This document shows positions 49,873-58,355 of a DNA stretch of 64,000 nt, piece after piece. The translations under genes were made by a program, and so were the position numbers. The stretch is taken from the IMG/VR virus record IMGVR_UViG_3300032254_000004, positions 508 through 64,507 of that record. The stretch is one strand, 5' to 3'. Position 1 is the stretch's first letter. Every line of letters begins with the position of its first letter. The notes beneath the pieces are model-generated. The model saw only the letters and a program-made list of their open reading frames with translations, made no database searches and was not told the DNA's origin. Source of the stretch: a virus (taxonomy: Duplodnaviria; Caudoviricetes).

Positions 49873-50160
49873 TCAATCTCCATTTTCGGGTTGTGTTGTG
49901 ATTTCAAATTTATCAAGTGCAGAATCAAAGATTCCAAAATCAGGAGAGCCATTTGGCTGCTCATTAACTAAACGCTTTACCATCTTAACATGTTTACAGG
50001 GAGATCTTCTAGAAGGACAACTACATGGCGGCCATATTTTTCTTACGATGGATGTTTCATAAGTTTCTAAAGGCATGCCTTCATCGTCAAGCTTAGTAAC
50101 AGAGTATAAGCCAGGTGTGCTAGCTATTGCTCTAATGGAATATTTCAGTTTCTTCGCCAT
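49873..50160 (-). CDS. SWIM zinc-finger protein
   Basis: CSCPSRRSPCKH. Confidence 0.7.
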   Translation of the reverse strand: MAKKLKYSIRAIASTPGLYSVTKLDDEGMPLETYETSIVRKIWPPCSCPSRRSPCKHVKMVKRLVNEQPNGSPDFGIFDSALDKFEITTQPENGD

Positions 50161-50232
50161 ATCAAAATGTCCAAAAAATTTTTCAAAAATAGGCTTTTCT
50201 AAAAAGCTGCCCCTAAGTCCGTCACACTCAAA

Positions 50233-50331
50233 CTACCTGGATAAGAAAACTAAAAGAGATATCCATGTAGCTCCTGGTAATGTGATTGCACATACCCAAA
50301 GCAAAAGTTTTAACCAATCAATACGTTTCAT
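50233..50331 (-). CDS. 32-aa membrane peptide (not in ORF track)
   Basis: MKRIDWLKLLLWVCAITLPGATWISLLVFLSR; TAATG coupling to upstream ORF. Confidence 0.55.
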   Translation of the reverse strand: MKRIDWLKLLLWVCAITLPGATWISLLVFLSR

Positions 50332-50471
50332 TATAGAGGTTCCCACCCATCTTTGTACCAAAACAATTTGTCACATTCAATGCAAGAACCTTCTCTATAC
50401 CCATCGGCAATGACTTCTTTATGAAAACAGAAAAATTGCCGAATTTTCTTTTTGAATTTAAGAATCGTCAT
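50331..50471 (-). CDS. 46-aa hypothetical protein (not in ORF track)
   Basis: MTILKFKKKIRQFFCFHKEV..CIECDKLFW; fills the gap. Confidence 0.55.
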   Translation of the reverse strand: MTILKFKKKIRQFFCFHKEVIADGYREGSCIECDKLFWYKDGWEPL

Positions 50472-50739
50472 AATGTTTCATGTCCTCATGGAATTGAGCT
50501 ACATATGCTGCATCATCTTTAACTTGTTGTGCTTGTTGAGCCTTAAGACGGTCTTTACCTACTTTAGAAGGTTTTTCAACAAGTTTCCAAGATTCCGTTT
50601 GAGTTGACCACCTTAAGACTCTTTGAGCTTCTTTGACGATGGCGAATATCTCATTATACTCACGCCATGATTCAGCCAACTTCCCAGGGAGTGCTTGTTT
50701 CTGTACAAGAGTCAGCTTATTAGGTTTCTTTCTGGACAT
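50458..50739 (-). CDS. hypothetical protein
   Basis: AAGGA RBS; promoter TTGATT-N18-TATAAT just upstream. Confidence 0.65.
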   Translation of the reverse strand: MSRKKPNKLTLVQKQALPGKLAESWREYNEIFAIVKEAQRVLRWSTQTESWKLVEKPSKVGKDRLKAQQAQQVKDDAAYVAQFHEDMKHYDDS

Positions 50740-50782
50740 GCTTTTCCTTTATTAAATTGTTACTTATATTATATATTGGCAA

Positions 50783-50962
50783 TTAGGGGACAATCAAGAG
50801 TCCATTTTCTTTTTTAAGTTGTCCTTTAGCGATCTGCTTTTGACGGCGTGCTTCTTCTTTAAATGAGCTTCCTGGTTTGCCATTACCACTAAGACGGCGA
50901 TATGCAGTATAAAGTGTAGAGCGTCCGCCATAACTTTTGTGATCTGGATTAGTAGGTTTCAT
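50783..50962 (-). CDS. basic hypothetical protein
   Basis: AAGGA RBS before ATG 50962. Confidence 0.55.
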   Translation of the reverse strand: MKPTNPDHKSYGGRSTLYTAYRRLSGNGKPGSSFKEEARRQKQIAKGQLKKENGLLIVP

Positions 50963-50972
50963 CTGATATTCC

Positions 50973-51584
50973 TTAGGTTCCTTGGGTTCCGTTGATAAGC
51001 TTTTCAGCATTGGCTCCACTAGCAATTGCTGTAGTAAATGCTTCGCGAGTAAAGCCGGCGCTTCGAATTTGTTGCTCAGTATAGCCACTGACTTTGTCGC
51101 CTTGATTGGCTCTTTGTTCTGCTCCTGTTGCCCATCTGACATTATTTGGTTCATAACCTCTCATATTGTCAATGCGATCTAATGTATGATTCTTTGAAGG
51201 GCGTTTTCCAACATCTTTGAAGAATAGTTCAAAACCAGTTTCTAGATCATACCATTCATCACAAATGTCAATACCCCGAGCACTATAATGCTTTTGAGCA
51301 ACATGTTCTTCATTGCGAGTACGTTCACGAACCATTAACCAGATACGGTATTCATTATTATAAATAGAACGTAATGATTTAGGGTTCTTACAACCGCAAT
51401 GTGTTTTAGGATTACCTTTACGCTTAAGGTACATTTCCGGTACTGTTAGCTTAGCTCCACAAGAACATTCTACCCTCCAACGTTTTCGAATTGAAGGGCT
51501 AGTTTTCTTACCCCCTTTTCGAGTACGTCCAATTAATGTAAAGTCACCTACTTTCTGACCAATCTTAAGAACTGATTTTGTCAT
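50973..51584 (-). CDS. free-standing HNH homing endonuclease
   Basis: CSCG, HCGC, Y..RGI.IC.EW, TLDRIDN..GYEP.NVRWAT..EQ..N. Confidence 0.9.
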   Translation of the reverse strand: MTKSVLKIGQKVGDFTLIGRTRKGGKKTSPSIRKRWRVECSCGAKLTVPEMYLKRKGNPKTHCGCKNPKSLRSIYNNEYRIWLMVRERTRNEEHVAQKHYSARGIDICDEWYDLETGFELFFKDVGKRPSKNHTLDRIDNMRGYEPNNVRWATGAEQRANQGDKVSGYTEQQIRSAGFTREAFTTAIASGANAEKLINGTQGT

Positions 51585-51889
51585 GCTTCAAGTCCGGCTT
51601 TCGGAATTGCATCAGGATGAATCAAAGTGAGGTAACAGCCTTTTGGATATAATTGGTTATTGTCCTCTTCTTTACTATTGAATCGTGATTCGGTATACAT
51701 CATTGACCAAGCTCCATTCTGCATCTCAGGAATGGCAAATTGCTCTTTAAAATAATCACGGGCAACTTTCCAACTTAGAGTACTGTGAGGAACTTCGACT
51801 TCAATCCAGAAGTCCTTCATTGCTTCACCTTGTCTAGTACGATGAATTTGCCCAAATGTAAAGTAATAACGATCAATTTTAGGTGTCAT
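51581..51889 (-). CDS. hypothetical protein
   Basis: YYFTFGQ.H motif; packed ORF. Confidence 0.65.
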   Translation of the reverse strand: MTPKIDRYYFTFGQIHRTRQGEAMKDFWIEVEVPHSTLSWKVARDYFKEQFAIPEMQNGAWSMMYTESRFNSKEEDNNQLYPKGCYLTLIHPDAIPKAGLEA

Positions 51890-52272
51890 GGTTTTACGAT
51901 CTTTCCATCTGCATCAATAAGATTAGCACGACGCATTGAGCCGATATAATTATTGATGCGTATACGTTCTATTGTTGCTTTTAAAGATTCCTGATTAGTT
52001 AGTACGTTCAAGATCCAACGATTACGCAAACGATACAATTTATGTGCCGTTGGCATTGTTTTCAGAGAGACCCTAAAAGCTTGCCATTCACAATGATCAT
52101 CAACTTCATAAACAGCCATCCTTACATGAACATGAGATGGTTGTTTGTATTCACCCATAAACTCCCAACATTTAATTTTGTCAGCAGCTAAAATGTCAAA
52201 GCGTTCATCCGGCAATGGTTTGCCAATTAAATGACGATACTCTTTGTCAAACTTTTTAAATTCTTTTGCCAT
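51886..52272 (-). CDS. hypothetical protein
   Basis: 128-aa packed ORF. Confidence 0.65.
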   Translation of the reverse strand: MAKEFKKFDKEYRHLIGKPLPDERFDILAADKIKCWEFMGEYKQPSHVHVRMAVYEVDDHCEWQAFRVSLKTMPTAHKLYRLRNRWILNVLTNQESLKATIERIRINNYIGSMRRANLIDADGKIVKP

Positions 52273-52279
52273 GTTAAAC

Positions 52280-52582
52280 CTATGTATCGTCCAAAACGCT
52301 TTTTATGATGATGTCAAGTTTCTCTTTTCTTTCTTCAAGATCGCATCTATGATCTTCCATATTTCCGAATTCAGTTTCACCTGTTGCACCATCATATGAG
52401 CCATATTCGCTATAAAGATCATTGATCTCTTCTTCATACATTGACTGAATTGCTTTAAAACCTTTTTCAAGCTTATCGATCTTAGCAGCTTGAGCCATAA
52501 TATGAGCAGCAGTCTCTTTTGGATTCCGCTGAAGCTCAATGATCAACATGCGTTCAAAATCACTATGTGCCAATTTACTCAT
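52280..52582 (-). CDS. hypothetical protein
   Basis: 100-aa packed ORF. Confidence 0.6.
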   Translation of the reverse strand: MSKLAHSDFERMLIIELQRNPKETAAHIMAQAAKIDKLEKGFKAIQSMYEEEINDLYSEYGSYDGATGETEFGNMEDHRCDLEERKEKLDIIIKSVLDDT

Positions 52583-52881
52583 ATCATTTGTTCCAGTATT
52601 TGTTTAATTTCAGAGTCAGACACAGAATAGTCATTGATTGATGATTTCCCACCATATTCATGCACTAACTGAATAGACGCAACACACTTATCGCCGAGTT
52701 TGACACTTAGTGTTTCCATATCAGATGCACCGATCTCCAACATAATATCATTGCAGTTTGTGCTGCCGAAAATAGCGACATCCCCTTCTTCGTCGAATAT
52801 GGTGATCGAAGTACCTTTTTCAAGTAATGCAGCTACCAAAACTTTTGTCTGCTCATATGATGCATATGTCTTTTCCATCAT
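52579..52881 (-). CDS. hypothetical protein
   Basis: 100-aa packed ORF. Confidence 0.6.
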   Translation of the reverse strand: MMEKTYASYEQTKVLVAALLEKGTSITIFDEEGDVAIFGSTNCNDIMLEIGASDMETLSVKLGDKCVASIQLVHEYGGKSSINDYSVSDSEIKQILEQMI

Positions 52882-53084
52882 GATGCTTCCTTAGTAAAAA
52901 TACCGTTGTCTTCGCCAAACTGGGTTTCTTGGAAATAGTCGTCGATCTCGACACAAAGCTCTACTACTGTCTCACAATAGCCAAGAGTGTCGGCGCCATT
53001 TTTTGCAAAATACCCATCTTCATTATGCTTCACGATAAGTCCCTTATAGGATCCCATTGTCTTTGCTGTATTACCACTCATCAT
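52878..53084 (-). CDS. hypothetical protein
   Basis: 68-aa packed ORF. Confidence 0.55.
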   Translation of the reverse strand: MMSGNTAKTMGSYKGLIVKHNEDGYFAKNGADTLGYCETVVELCVEIDDYFQETQFGEDNGIFTKEAS

Positions 53085-53326
53085 GATACCCCGTTCAAAA
53101 TTTCTGAAATGACATTACATTGTGTAACATATGTATAGTCTTCACGTTCAACACAACGTTCATAATATTGATCAAAAGCATACCTAACAGCTCTTTGTTG
53201 AATTATATTCAATTCTTCAAAAAGAGAAAAAGGCATATCTCCTGAAAAACTTACCATCAAACCTTTATCACAAGTTTCAAGTTCAATAGTAAATTTGCTT
53301 GTTGTAGGAATCATAAGTCCCATCAT
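53081..53326 (-). CDS. hypothetical protein
   Basis: 81-aa packed ORF. Confidence 0.55.
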   Translation of the reverse strand: MMGLMIPTTSKFTIELETCDKGLMVSFSGDMPFSLFEELNIIQQRAVRYAFDQYYERCVEREDYTYVTQCNVISEILNGVS

Positions 53327-53508
53327 GATGATGTGCCCTCTTTGAAAGCTTTACGAGCAGCACGAAGGCTTTCGTTCGTATAAGGATCGAGCTTTGCTCC
53401 GCCTGCTTTATTTGGAGGAAGCTGCGTGACATCATTCTTTGAGAGATAATCCTCAATCAAAGATTTGTCTTCAGCAGATACAACTTTAGGTGCATTTATG
53501 TGGTTCAT
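53323..53508 (-). CDS. hypothetical protein
   Basis: GGAG RBS; 61 aa. Confidence 0.6.
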   Translation of the reverse strand: MNHINAPKVVSAEDKSLIEDYLSKNDVTQLPPNKAGGAKLDPYTNESLRAARKAFKEGTSS

Positions 53509-53559
53509 CTTGAGTCTCCATCGTCAAGGTTAGATATTAATGAACAGTCTTATTTAAAT

Positions 53560-54125
53560 AAAAGGTGGTGAGCGAGGATAGAACTTAGCAACGTTTTAGA
53601 AAAATTAGATTGGCTACTAAATCTTCTAAAGGACTAGTTTCCATACCTTCATCTGCATATTCTAATTGCCCGCTCACCGTACTATCCTTTAGCTTAAAGT
53701 CCAACTAGATGATAGCTTCCGGACTTGGATTAATGAGACGATTTGTGCCAATCGTTAAATAAGTTACAAACATGAATAACTTATTGGACTTTTTTGTTCA
53801 TTCCACTAGTAAACAGGGAAGCCGACTAGCCGGGAAGATTTTGTTAGTCCGATGAGGCTCATTAACCACTAAATTATGTAGGATATTACAAAATCGAACT
53901 TTGTCTGATCGAACTCTGGAATGCAACCCCAGCACTGAATTTGTTAAAATACGTTGCATGTATTTATTTTTGTTCAGTCTTTGTAGCTTTTGTAATATCC
54001 GTATATTTCATTGTGTAGGATTTACCCTACGAGGTGCATTGTCTCTCTCCACCAATGTTTCCCATTTTCTTTGGGAGAAACCATATTAAGTAAGAAATTT
54101 GTTTCTAATATGGTTTCATTCAATA
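53560..54125 (-). ncRNA. candidate large structured ncRNA (~570 nt) of unknown family
   Basis: no credible long ORF; upstream promoter; many perfect helices (13, 12, 9, 8, 8 bp), 7-bp kissing loop, 3' pseudoknot/fold-back, U-tract. Confidence 0.65.
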
Positions 54126-54130
54126 TAATT

Positions 54131-54159
54131 ATATTATATTGAAAGTTTATTGCCCTCAA
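54131..54159 (-). promoter_or_regulatory. sigma70-like promoter reading into the candidate ncRNA
   Basis: TTGAGG-N17-TAATAT; the -10 lies inside an 11-bp perfect palindrome TTCAATATAAT-TAT-ATTATATTGAA. Confidence 0.65.
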
Positions 54160-54183
54160 GAGAAAAATAATAGGCAAATTAAA

Positions 54184-54660
54184 TTAATTTTCTGGGGGAT
54201 GGAAAATGTAAAAATAAGCTCCGTGCCTAATTGCGTCCCTGGCGTGTCTCTCACCAACCGCCTCCATACCCCAAGCTTCGAGCTTTTCATCAGTACAGAA
54301 TTGTTTGGCTTCTTGAGCTGTTTGTCCCTTAGGGATGATATTTGCTTGAAGAGATAAGAAACGTATGATGCCAATTATTTGTGCTGTATGTACTTCAGAC
54401 CAAGCATGAGTATCTGTCTTCCATTGATAAATTCGGTATACTTCGTAAACAATCTTATCCGGTCCTTTACGATAGATAAGATCACGTAATTCAACTAATT
54501 GTTCCCAAGTATATTCAGTTGTGCGGATTTGTCCTGATGAATGCAAAACCCCCTTACGAAAGAAAGCCCAACCTACTGTTTCACCAGGATCAAAAGCTAG
54601 TACATCGAGTTCCATATTTTGAGGATTCTTAGTCTGTACGAATTTTTCAAAAGGTAGCAT
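54184..54660 (-). CDS. RuvC-like Holliday junction resolvase
   Basis: LAFDPGETVGWA, IVYE, HARDAI. Confidence 0.75.
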   Translation of the reverse strand: MLPFEKFVQTKNPQNMELDVLAFDPGETVGWAFFRKGVLHSSGQIRTTEYTWEQLVELRDLIYRKGPDKIVYEVYRIYQWKTDTHAWSEVHTAQIIGIIRFLSLQANIIPKGQTAQEAKQFCTDEKLEAWGMEAVGERHARDAIRHGAYFYIFHPPEN

Positions 54661-54694
54661 TATGTTTAAATCCTATTATTGAAATAAGAGCAAG

Positions 54695-54727
54695 AAAAAA
54701 GGGCCTCCTAATTAAAGGAGACCCTTT
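54695..54727 (-). terminator. intrinsic terminator
   Basis: AAAGGG-CCTCC-loop-GGAG-ACCCTTT followed by T6 on minus strand. Confidence 0.7.
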
Positions 54728-54787
54728 CCATCCTAAGACTGCTATTGGGGGGAGGGGGGCAATCTCAGGATCACTGAAGATGAAGAC

Positions 54788-55219
54788 TTAACCCTCAGAG
54801 GATTCACCCTCACCTTCAGTAGCCTTAGCTGCATCTTCTTCAGCCTTCGTAGCAGCTTTTGCAGCAGCTTTCGTAGCAGCTTTTTCTTCCTTACGACGAT
54901 TAAGCTCTGCTTCAGAAGGTCCACCTGCGAGACCTTTTGTAGCCGCAAATACAATCTGATAAGGGATTGTGTTTTCGCCATTTTCAGAAGTACATTCTTC
55001 AACAATATGATCGCGAATCTGACTGCGTGTCATTTTGTCGGCTTCTTCAATGCCTTCACCTACCCAAAGCTGACGAATATAATCGGTACGATTAACAGCT
55101 TCACCAGATGGCGTAGTAACAATTCGCTGACGCTTGTCAACTTTCGGAGCTTCTTCGGCAGGTGCTTCAGTTGCTTCAGTTGCTTCGGTTACTGTTTCTT
55201 CTTTTGCTTTACGTGACAT
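54788..55219 (-). CDS. putative abundant DNA-binding protein
   Basis: own promoter, GGAGG RBS and terminator; IRQL..RSQI..YQIV core; KAATKAAAK histone-like tail. Confidence 0.6.
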   Translation of the reverse strand: MSRKAKEETVTEATEATEAPAEEAPKVDKRQRIVTTPSGEAVNRTDYIRQLWVGEGIEEADKMTRSQIRDHIVEECTSENGENTIPYQIVFAATKGLAGGPSEAELNRRKEEKAATKAAAKAATKAEEDAAKATEGEGESSEG

Positions 55220-55302
55220 AATTGATAACCTCCAAAGGTATCTAACTAGCTAGTTGTTTACGTTTTTGATAAGTTGCATCCGCTAACTCATCAACATTAT
55301 TT

Positions 55303-55331
55303 ATAATATAGCATAAAGTGATGGGCTTCAA
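55303..55331 (-). promoter_or_regulatory. sigma70-like promoter
   Basis: TTGAAG-N17-TATTAT. Confidence 0.7.
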
Positions 55332-55345
55332 CAGAAATCTTATGG

Positions 55346-57781
55346 TCATTGAGATATTTTTTTAGTGTCAACCTTATAATGCATTCGATTACCTTTTTTA
55401 CCTACTTCTTTAATACCTGTAGTTTCATGTATCATATGTTTAGAGTTCGCAATATAGATTCCAAGCTTACGAGTAGCTTTCAATAAGGTACATTCTTCAA
55501 AGTCAGGATTACTTGCTGCCCAAGCTACAATATCCTTAACTGTAAATTCAGGTGAAGATGAAGTTGTCTTAGCTTTATATTTGGCAAATTCTACTAATCC
55601 TTCTAAAGCCCAGTCATTAGCTGACACTAACTTATTGACATCACCTGATAATCTTTGAGGAATCCATTCATGATCAATATTAAATACATCTCTTGCCATA
55701 ATAGTTAAAGCTTGTTCAAAGTTAATTAAACGATGCTGAGCTCTATATGATGAATTCCAATTCTTTTTAATTACTTGGAAGAATCTTTGAAGTACAATGA
55801 AATGATGAGCTAACCAATATTCTCTACCTTTTCTAGATTCTAATTGTCTTTCCTTCCATGAAGAATCATATGACAAAGAGCCATCAGCTTGACTAGATTC
55901 ATACTTATCGAACTCTACTACTATTGCACGTTGAAGAAGGTCAGCCGCCATAAATGGTTGTGCAATTGCAGTAAAACAAAATACGTTGTCAACTTTAATC
56001 CTCATAAGATCTGCATTAGAATAAAGCTTGCGCATTTCTACATGTGGTTGAGGTTCCGTAATCAAACGACAAATCTCGTCAGATAATGTTGTCCTTAAAG
56101 CTTTGTTCAAAAGTTGCACATTGTCTGTCACATGCAATCCGCCAGAGTTAGCTAATGCTGCATGCCAATCTTTAATGTCTGTAGGTGCATTTTTAAGATC
56201 TGCTCGTCCTGTTTGTATTGATAGACGAAGTTCATAAAGTGTTGATTTACCTGATCCAGATTCCCCAATTACAAGCTCTACTGGTAACTGAGATGATTTC
56301 CACCTATACAGCCATGGTGAGATATAATATAAAAGAGCCAGCAGTGTTTGTGCATCGCCTCTTTCCTTAAGTCTAGTTTCACCTAAGACCTCATTCCACC
56401 ACATAGGAATTTTACCAGTTTCAACCTCTTCCTGCTTAAGATGCTTTACAGCTTCAAGAAACTTTTCCTGATCTAATTCTTCAGTACAATCTGCTTCAAA
56501 TAGAATACCATCATCACCGTTCTTTTTTATTGAGATGTCATCAGCATCAATATATACATAATGCCCATTACCAATTTGATAACGTACACAATCTTCATGA
56601 CCTTTGGGACGTGCTAATATTCGATGTGGTATTACTTCTTCAATAGGATTCTCACCTGTAAACTGAGCACCTAACCATTGCATTAATCTTTGGTCTGCTG
56701 CTGGAGATATTCCATAACGTTTATACAATAACTTACCGAAGCTAGTTTCCTGTAAACTCGTTCTGGCATCAAGATTAATATTTACTTGCATCAAGGCAGA
56801 AGTCTTATTATCGAAGTAGTACATCTGGTCTTCAGACTTACTGTGCATTCTATATCCAGAAGCATCAAGTTCAGCAATAAGTGCCATAGATATCGATTGC
56901 ATTTCTTTACGTGCAATCTTAGTCTTTTGTAATTTTTTAGAAATGAATTCTCTAGCATTAGGATGTTGCGGAAATGCTCTAGGGTTATTTATTACGGCAT
57001 TATAAAGTTTACGAAAATGCGCAGGTCCGCCGGAATCATGCATTAGAAAATCGTCTAAAGCAACTTTCTGAGAGGTATCTAAAGATGGAAGTATCAATTG
57101 CTTAATTTTATCCATCTCAAGACCAATATGCCTTAACTCATATCCTAAAGAAGCAGCAGCTCTCTGTACAGCAGGTTTAACTCCAGTAAAAATATCCGTG
57201 TCGTAGATAATCATTAGAGAATAGTTATTATATAATGCGAATGACGTAAGTTCTTCGAAACCTTTAGCCCTAGCACTACTTGTCATTTCCTCTACCATAG
57301 CTGTAGCAGGTAATTGCGCTTTAATGGTCCCAGCAGCATAATTAAATCTTGACAACTGCGTTTCCTTGGGTAGGATAATAGAACGATTCTTCCATGAATC
57401 TACTCCACCAAAAGCAATTGCAGGAAATCCCATTTTACATGCTAAAACTGCTTTCTTCTCCCCTTCAGTAATAATAATTACCTTCTGTTTCGACTGCTTA
57501 AGAGTCTCTTGAAACTTAGGTGGGAAATATACGTGATTTAAAGAATTCTTAACCTGTTTATATTTAGGATCATTCTCACCACCATTCAATAGTCGAGTCC
57601 TATAAAAAGGAACACGTTTACCATTAATATCAAAGTAAGGAATAGAATAGCCGTTAATACCCTTTTGGATATTGCATGCTTCTCGTTCCGTATCATCAAT
57701 AGGACTAGCTTTAAGATCTTGCATTTCAAGACCGGACCGTTTAAGGTCATCAACTATGTCCTCTAACACATTGTTGGACAT
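55346..57781 (-). CDS. primase-helicase (DUF3854/Toprim primase plus P-loop helicase)
   Basis: IITEGEKKA, GGVDSW, YDTD, DDFL; GESGSGKST. Confidence 0.88.
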   Translation of the reverse strand: MSNNVLEDIVDDLKRSGLEMQDLKASPIDDTEREACNIQKGINGYSIPYFDINGKRVPFYRTRLLNGGENDPKYKQVKNSLNHVYFPPKFQETLKQSKQKVIIITEGEKKAVLACKMGFPAIAFGGVDSWKNRSIILPKETQLSRFNYAAGTIKAQLPATAMVEEMTSSARAKGFEELTSFALYNNYSLMIIYDTDIFTGVKPAVQRAAASLGYELRHIGLEMDKIKQLILPSLDTSQKVALDDFLMHDSGGPAHFRKLYNAVINNPRAFPQHPNAREFISKKLQKTKIARKEMQSISMALIAELDASGYRMHSKSEDQMYYFDNKTSALMQVNINLDARTSLQETSFGKLLYKRYGISPAADQRLMQWLGAQFTGENPIEEVIPHRILARPKGHEDCVRYQIGNGHYVYIDADDISIKKNGDDGILFEADCTEELDQEKFLEAVKHLKQEEVETGKIPMWWNEVLGETRLKERGDAQTLLALLYYISPWLYRWKSSQLPVELVIGESGSGKSTLYELRLSIQTGRADLKNAPTDIKDWHAALANSGGLHVTDNVQLLNKALRTTLSDEICRLITEPQPHVEMRKLYSNADLMRIKVDNVFCFTAIAQPFMAADLLQRAIVVEFDKYESSQADGSLSYDSSWKERQLESRKGREYWLAHHFIVLQRFFQVIKKNWNSSYRAQHRLINFEQALTIMARDVFNIDHEWIPQRLSGDVNKLVSANDWALEGLVEFAKYKAKTTSSSPEFTVKDIVAWAASNPDFEECTLLKATRKLGIYIANSKHMIHETTGIKEVGKKGNRMHYKVDTKKISQ

Positions 57782-57784
57782 AGG

Positions 57785-58105
57785 TTATTCCCCTAATTGA
57801 AATACGGTATATTGCTGTTTTCTGCCTGCAGGAGTCTCCGCTGCGACATCTTCTACAATAACTGTTCCTTCTGCAATCATTTCATCAAGAATAGGACGCC
57901 AAAGTCTAACTGGTAAAGACGTACCTAATCCTACTTGGATCATAGCATGTGATAACCTTGGAAAGATCGTTAAGATATGGTTAATCTTAGCTGCAATTTC
58001 TTTTTCTAAACCATTGTGCATTACATTTACTTTCTTTGAGCCTAGCTTATGACTTATGTTCCCAGAAGATATTACCTTTTTCATCATAGGCGACTTCGTA
58101 TCCAT
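57785..58105 (-). CDS. winged-helix-like hypothetical protein
   Basis: helix-helix-wing pattern; weak. Confidence 0.5.
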   Translation of the reverse strand: MDTKSPMMKKVISSGNISHKLGSKKVNVMHNGLEKEIAAKINHILTIFPRLSHAMIQVGLGTSLPVRLWRPILDEMIAEGTVIVEDVAAETPAGRKQQYTVFQLGE

Positions 58106-58355
58106 TAAAATAGTCTATGACTAAACATGGAATTTTTGCAGGTAATTTACCTGACTTGACCATTTCCGAATCATCAAACAAGGTTACGTTTTCAAATTGT
58201 ATCGCACCTAAGTACTTATAATCATCATTATCCTCAAGTAGGTAATCATCACAATATCCAATAGTAATTCCTAATATTTTAATAGGGTGCGTATCTTTTG
58301 GAATAACACGCCATCGGGTTATGTGTGATTGTCCCTTGATTCTGTTAACGGTCAT
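58047..58355 (-). CDS. hypothetical protein
   Basis: 102-aa packed ORF. Confidence 0.55.
   Translation of the reverse strand: MTVNRIKGQSHITRWRVIPKDTHPIKILGITIGYCDDYLLEDNDDYKYLGAIQFENVTLFDDSEMVKSGKLPAKIPCLVIDYFNGYEVAYDEKGNIFWEHKS

Noticed and set aside
50165-50210. Similarity to the window start (AGCTTTTAGAAAA) as a terminal repeat
   Set aside because: Short, low-complexity A/T-tract match; expected by chance
53560-53600. tmRNA or RNase P RNA
   Set aside because: 3' CACCA-like end has no valid T-arm or acceptor stem; the peptide lacks an ssrA-type ALAA end; RNase P conserved motifs are not in order
53820-53860. Group I intron core (GACTA/TAGTC as P7) or hammerhead (CCGATGAG)
   Set aside because: P7-like strands are only 16 nt apart with no room for P3/P8; the hammerhead needs CUGAUGA plus GAAA, which is absent; no interrupted gene
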